Positions 63,110 through 64,000 of a stretch of 64,000 nucleotides of DNA are shown in pieces. Source of the DNA: Octopus sinensis (lineage: Eukaryota). Under the pieces are notes generated by a model. That model did not search any database. It had not been told where the DNA came from and worked only from the letters and a program-made list of their open reading frames with translations. Positions within the stretch are counted from its first letter, which is position 1. Each line of letters starts with the position of its first letter. Location of the stretch: positions 4,340,001 through 4,404,000 of the forward strand of contig NC_043022.1 in assembly GCF_006345805.1 (NCBI RefSeq), in the 5' to 3' direction. The position numbers and the translations under genes were made by a program.

Positions 63110-64000
63110 GTGATGATGGTGGTGATGATGATGGTGATGATGATGATGATATGCTGATGGTGTGATGATGTTGTGATGATGATGATTAGATGGTGATGAT
63201 GGTGGTGATGATGATGATGAGTGTGATGATGGTGATGATGGGTGTGATGATGATGGTGATGATGATGATGATGATGATGGTGGATGATGGTGGTGATGGT
63301 GGTGATGATGATAATGGTGATGATGATTATGTGATGATGATGGTTATGATGATGATGGTTGATGATGGTTGGTAATGTGGTGATGGTTGATGATATGATG
63401 ATGGTGATGATGATGATGATGATGGTGATGATGAGATGATGGTTTGTGATGGTGATGATGCTGATGCTGGTGTGATGATGATGTTATGATGATGATGATG
63501 GTGATGATGATGGTGATGATGGTGATGATGGGGGTGATTGGTGATGATGATGATGGTGGTGATGGTGATGATGATGATGGTGATGATGGTGATGATGATG
63601 ATGATGATGATGATGATTATGCTGATGATGATTTTGTTGATGATGATGATGATGGTGATGATGGTGGTGATGGTGGTGATGATGATAATGGTGAGATGAT
63701 GATGGTGATGATGATGGTGATGATGATGATGGTGATGATGTGATGATGTGGTTGATGGTGGTGATGATGATAATGGTGATGATGATGATGGTGATGATGA
63801 TGGTGATGATGATATGATGATATATGATGATGATGGTGATGTGATGACATTGATGGTGATGATGTTGGTATGGTGGTGATGGTGATGATGATGGTTGATG
63901 ATGATGATGTGATGATGATTGTGATGATGATGATATGATGATGGTGATGATGGTGATGATGATGTGATGATGATGATGATGATGATGGTGATGATGGTGT
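60622..64000. repeat. >3.3 kb (GAT/GGT)n satellite with higher-order structure, running off the window
   Basis: Frame-perfect core 61880-63157; rare GATAAT and GGTAAT variants recur at matching spacings. Confidence 0.97.

Noticed and set aside
61880-63157. 425-aa Met/Val ORF
   Set aside because: A by-product of the ATG/GTG triplet array; no regulatory or splice context.

Overview
This is animal (eukaryotic) genomic DNA, very probably from an octopus (inferred from its tRNA-derived SINE families and extreme microsatellite load). There is no complete protein-coding gene and no rRNA, true tRNA or CRISPR array. Nearly all entries in the ORF track are artefacts of simple repeats or SINEs. The window is a gene desert or giant intron packed with several kinds of repeat. 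(1) About 25 copies of one tRNA-headed SINE (my label A), plus other SINE families (B, C, a fourth tRNA-headed type and an unclassified family J). (2) Decayed RTE and CR1 LINE 3' ends. (3) piggyBac-, hAT- and Tc1/mariner-type MITEs and two non-autonomous Helitrons, often nested, with readable target-site duplications (TSDs). (4) kb-scale micro- and minisatellites, ending in a >3.3 kb GAT/GGT array. Family labels are mine and not database names. The strongest signal is a short element (family P) that joins a tRNA-like Pol III head to a Penelope-type minimal hammerhead ribozyme: a degenerate headed copy at 8.6-8.8 kb and a near-intact ribozyme at 25.9 kb. Other highlights are a protein-like, phase-symmetric 150-nt candidate exon (41789-41938) between inverted SINEs, a mariner MITE that has captured a SINE fragment, and MITE-derived tandem arrays. 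Boundaries of old repeats are approximate (about +/-10-20 nt); TIR, TSD, ribozyme and exon coordinates were counted directly.
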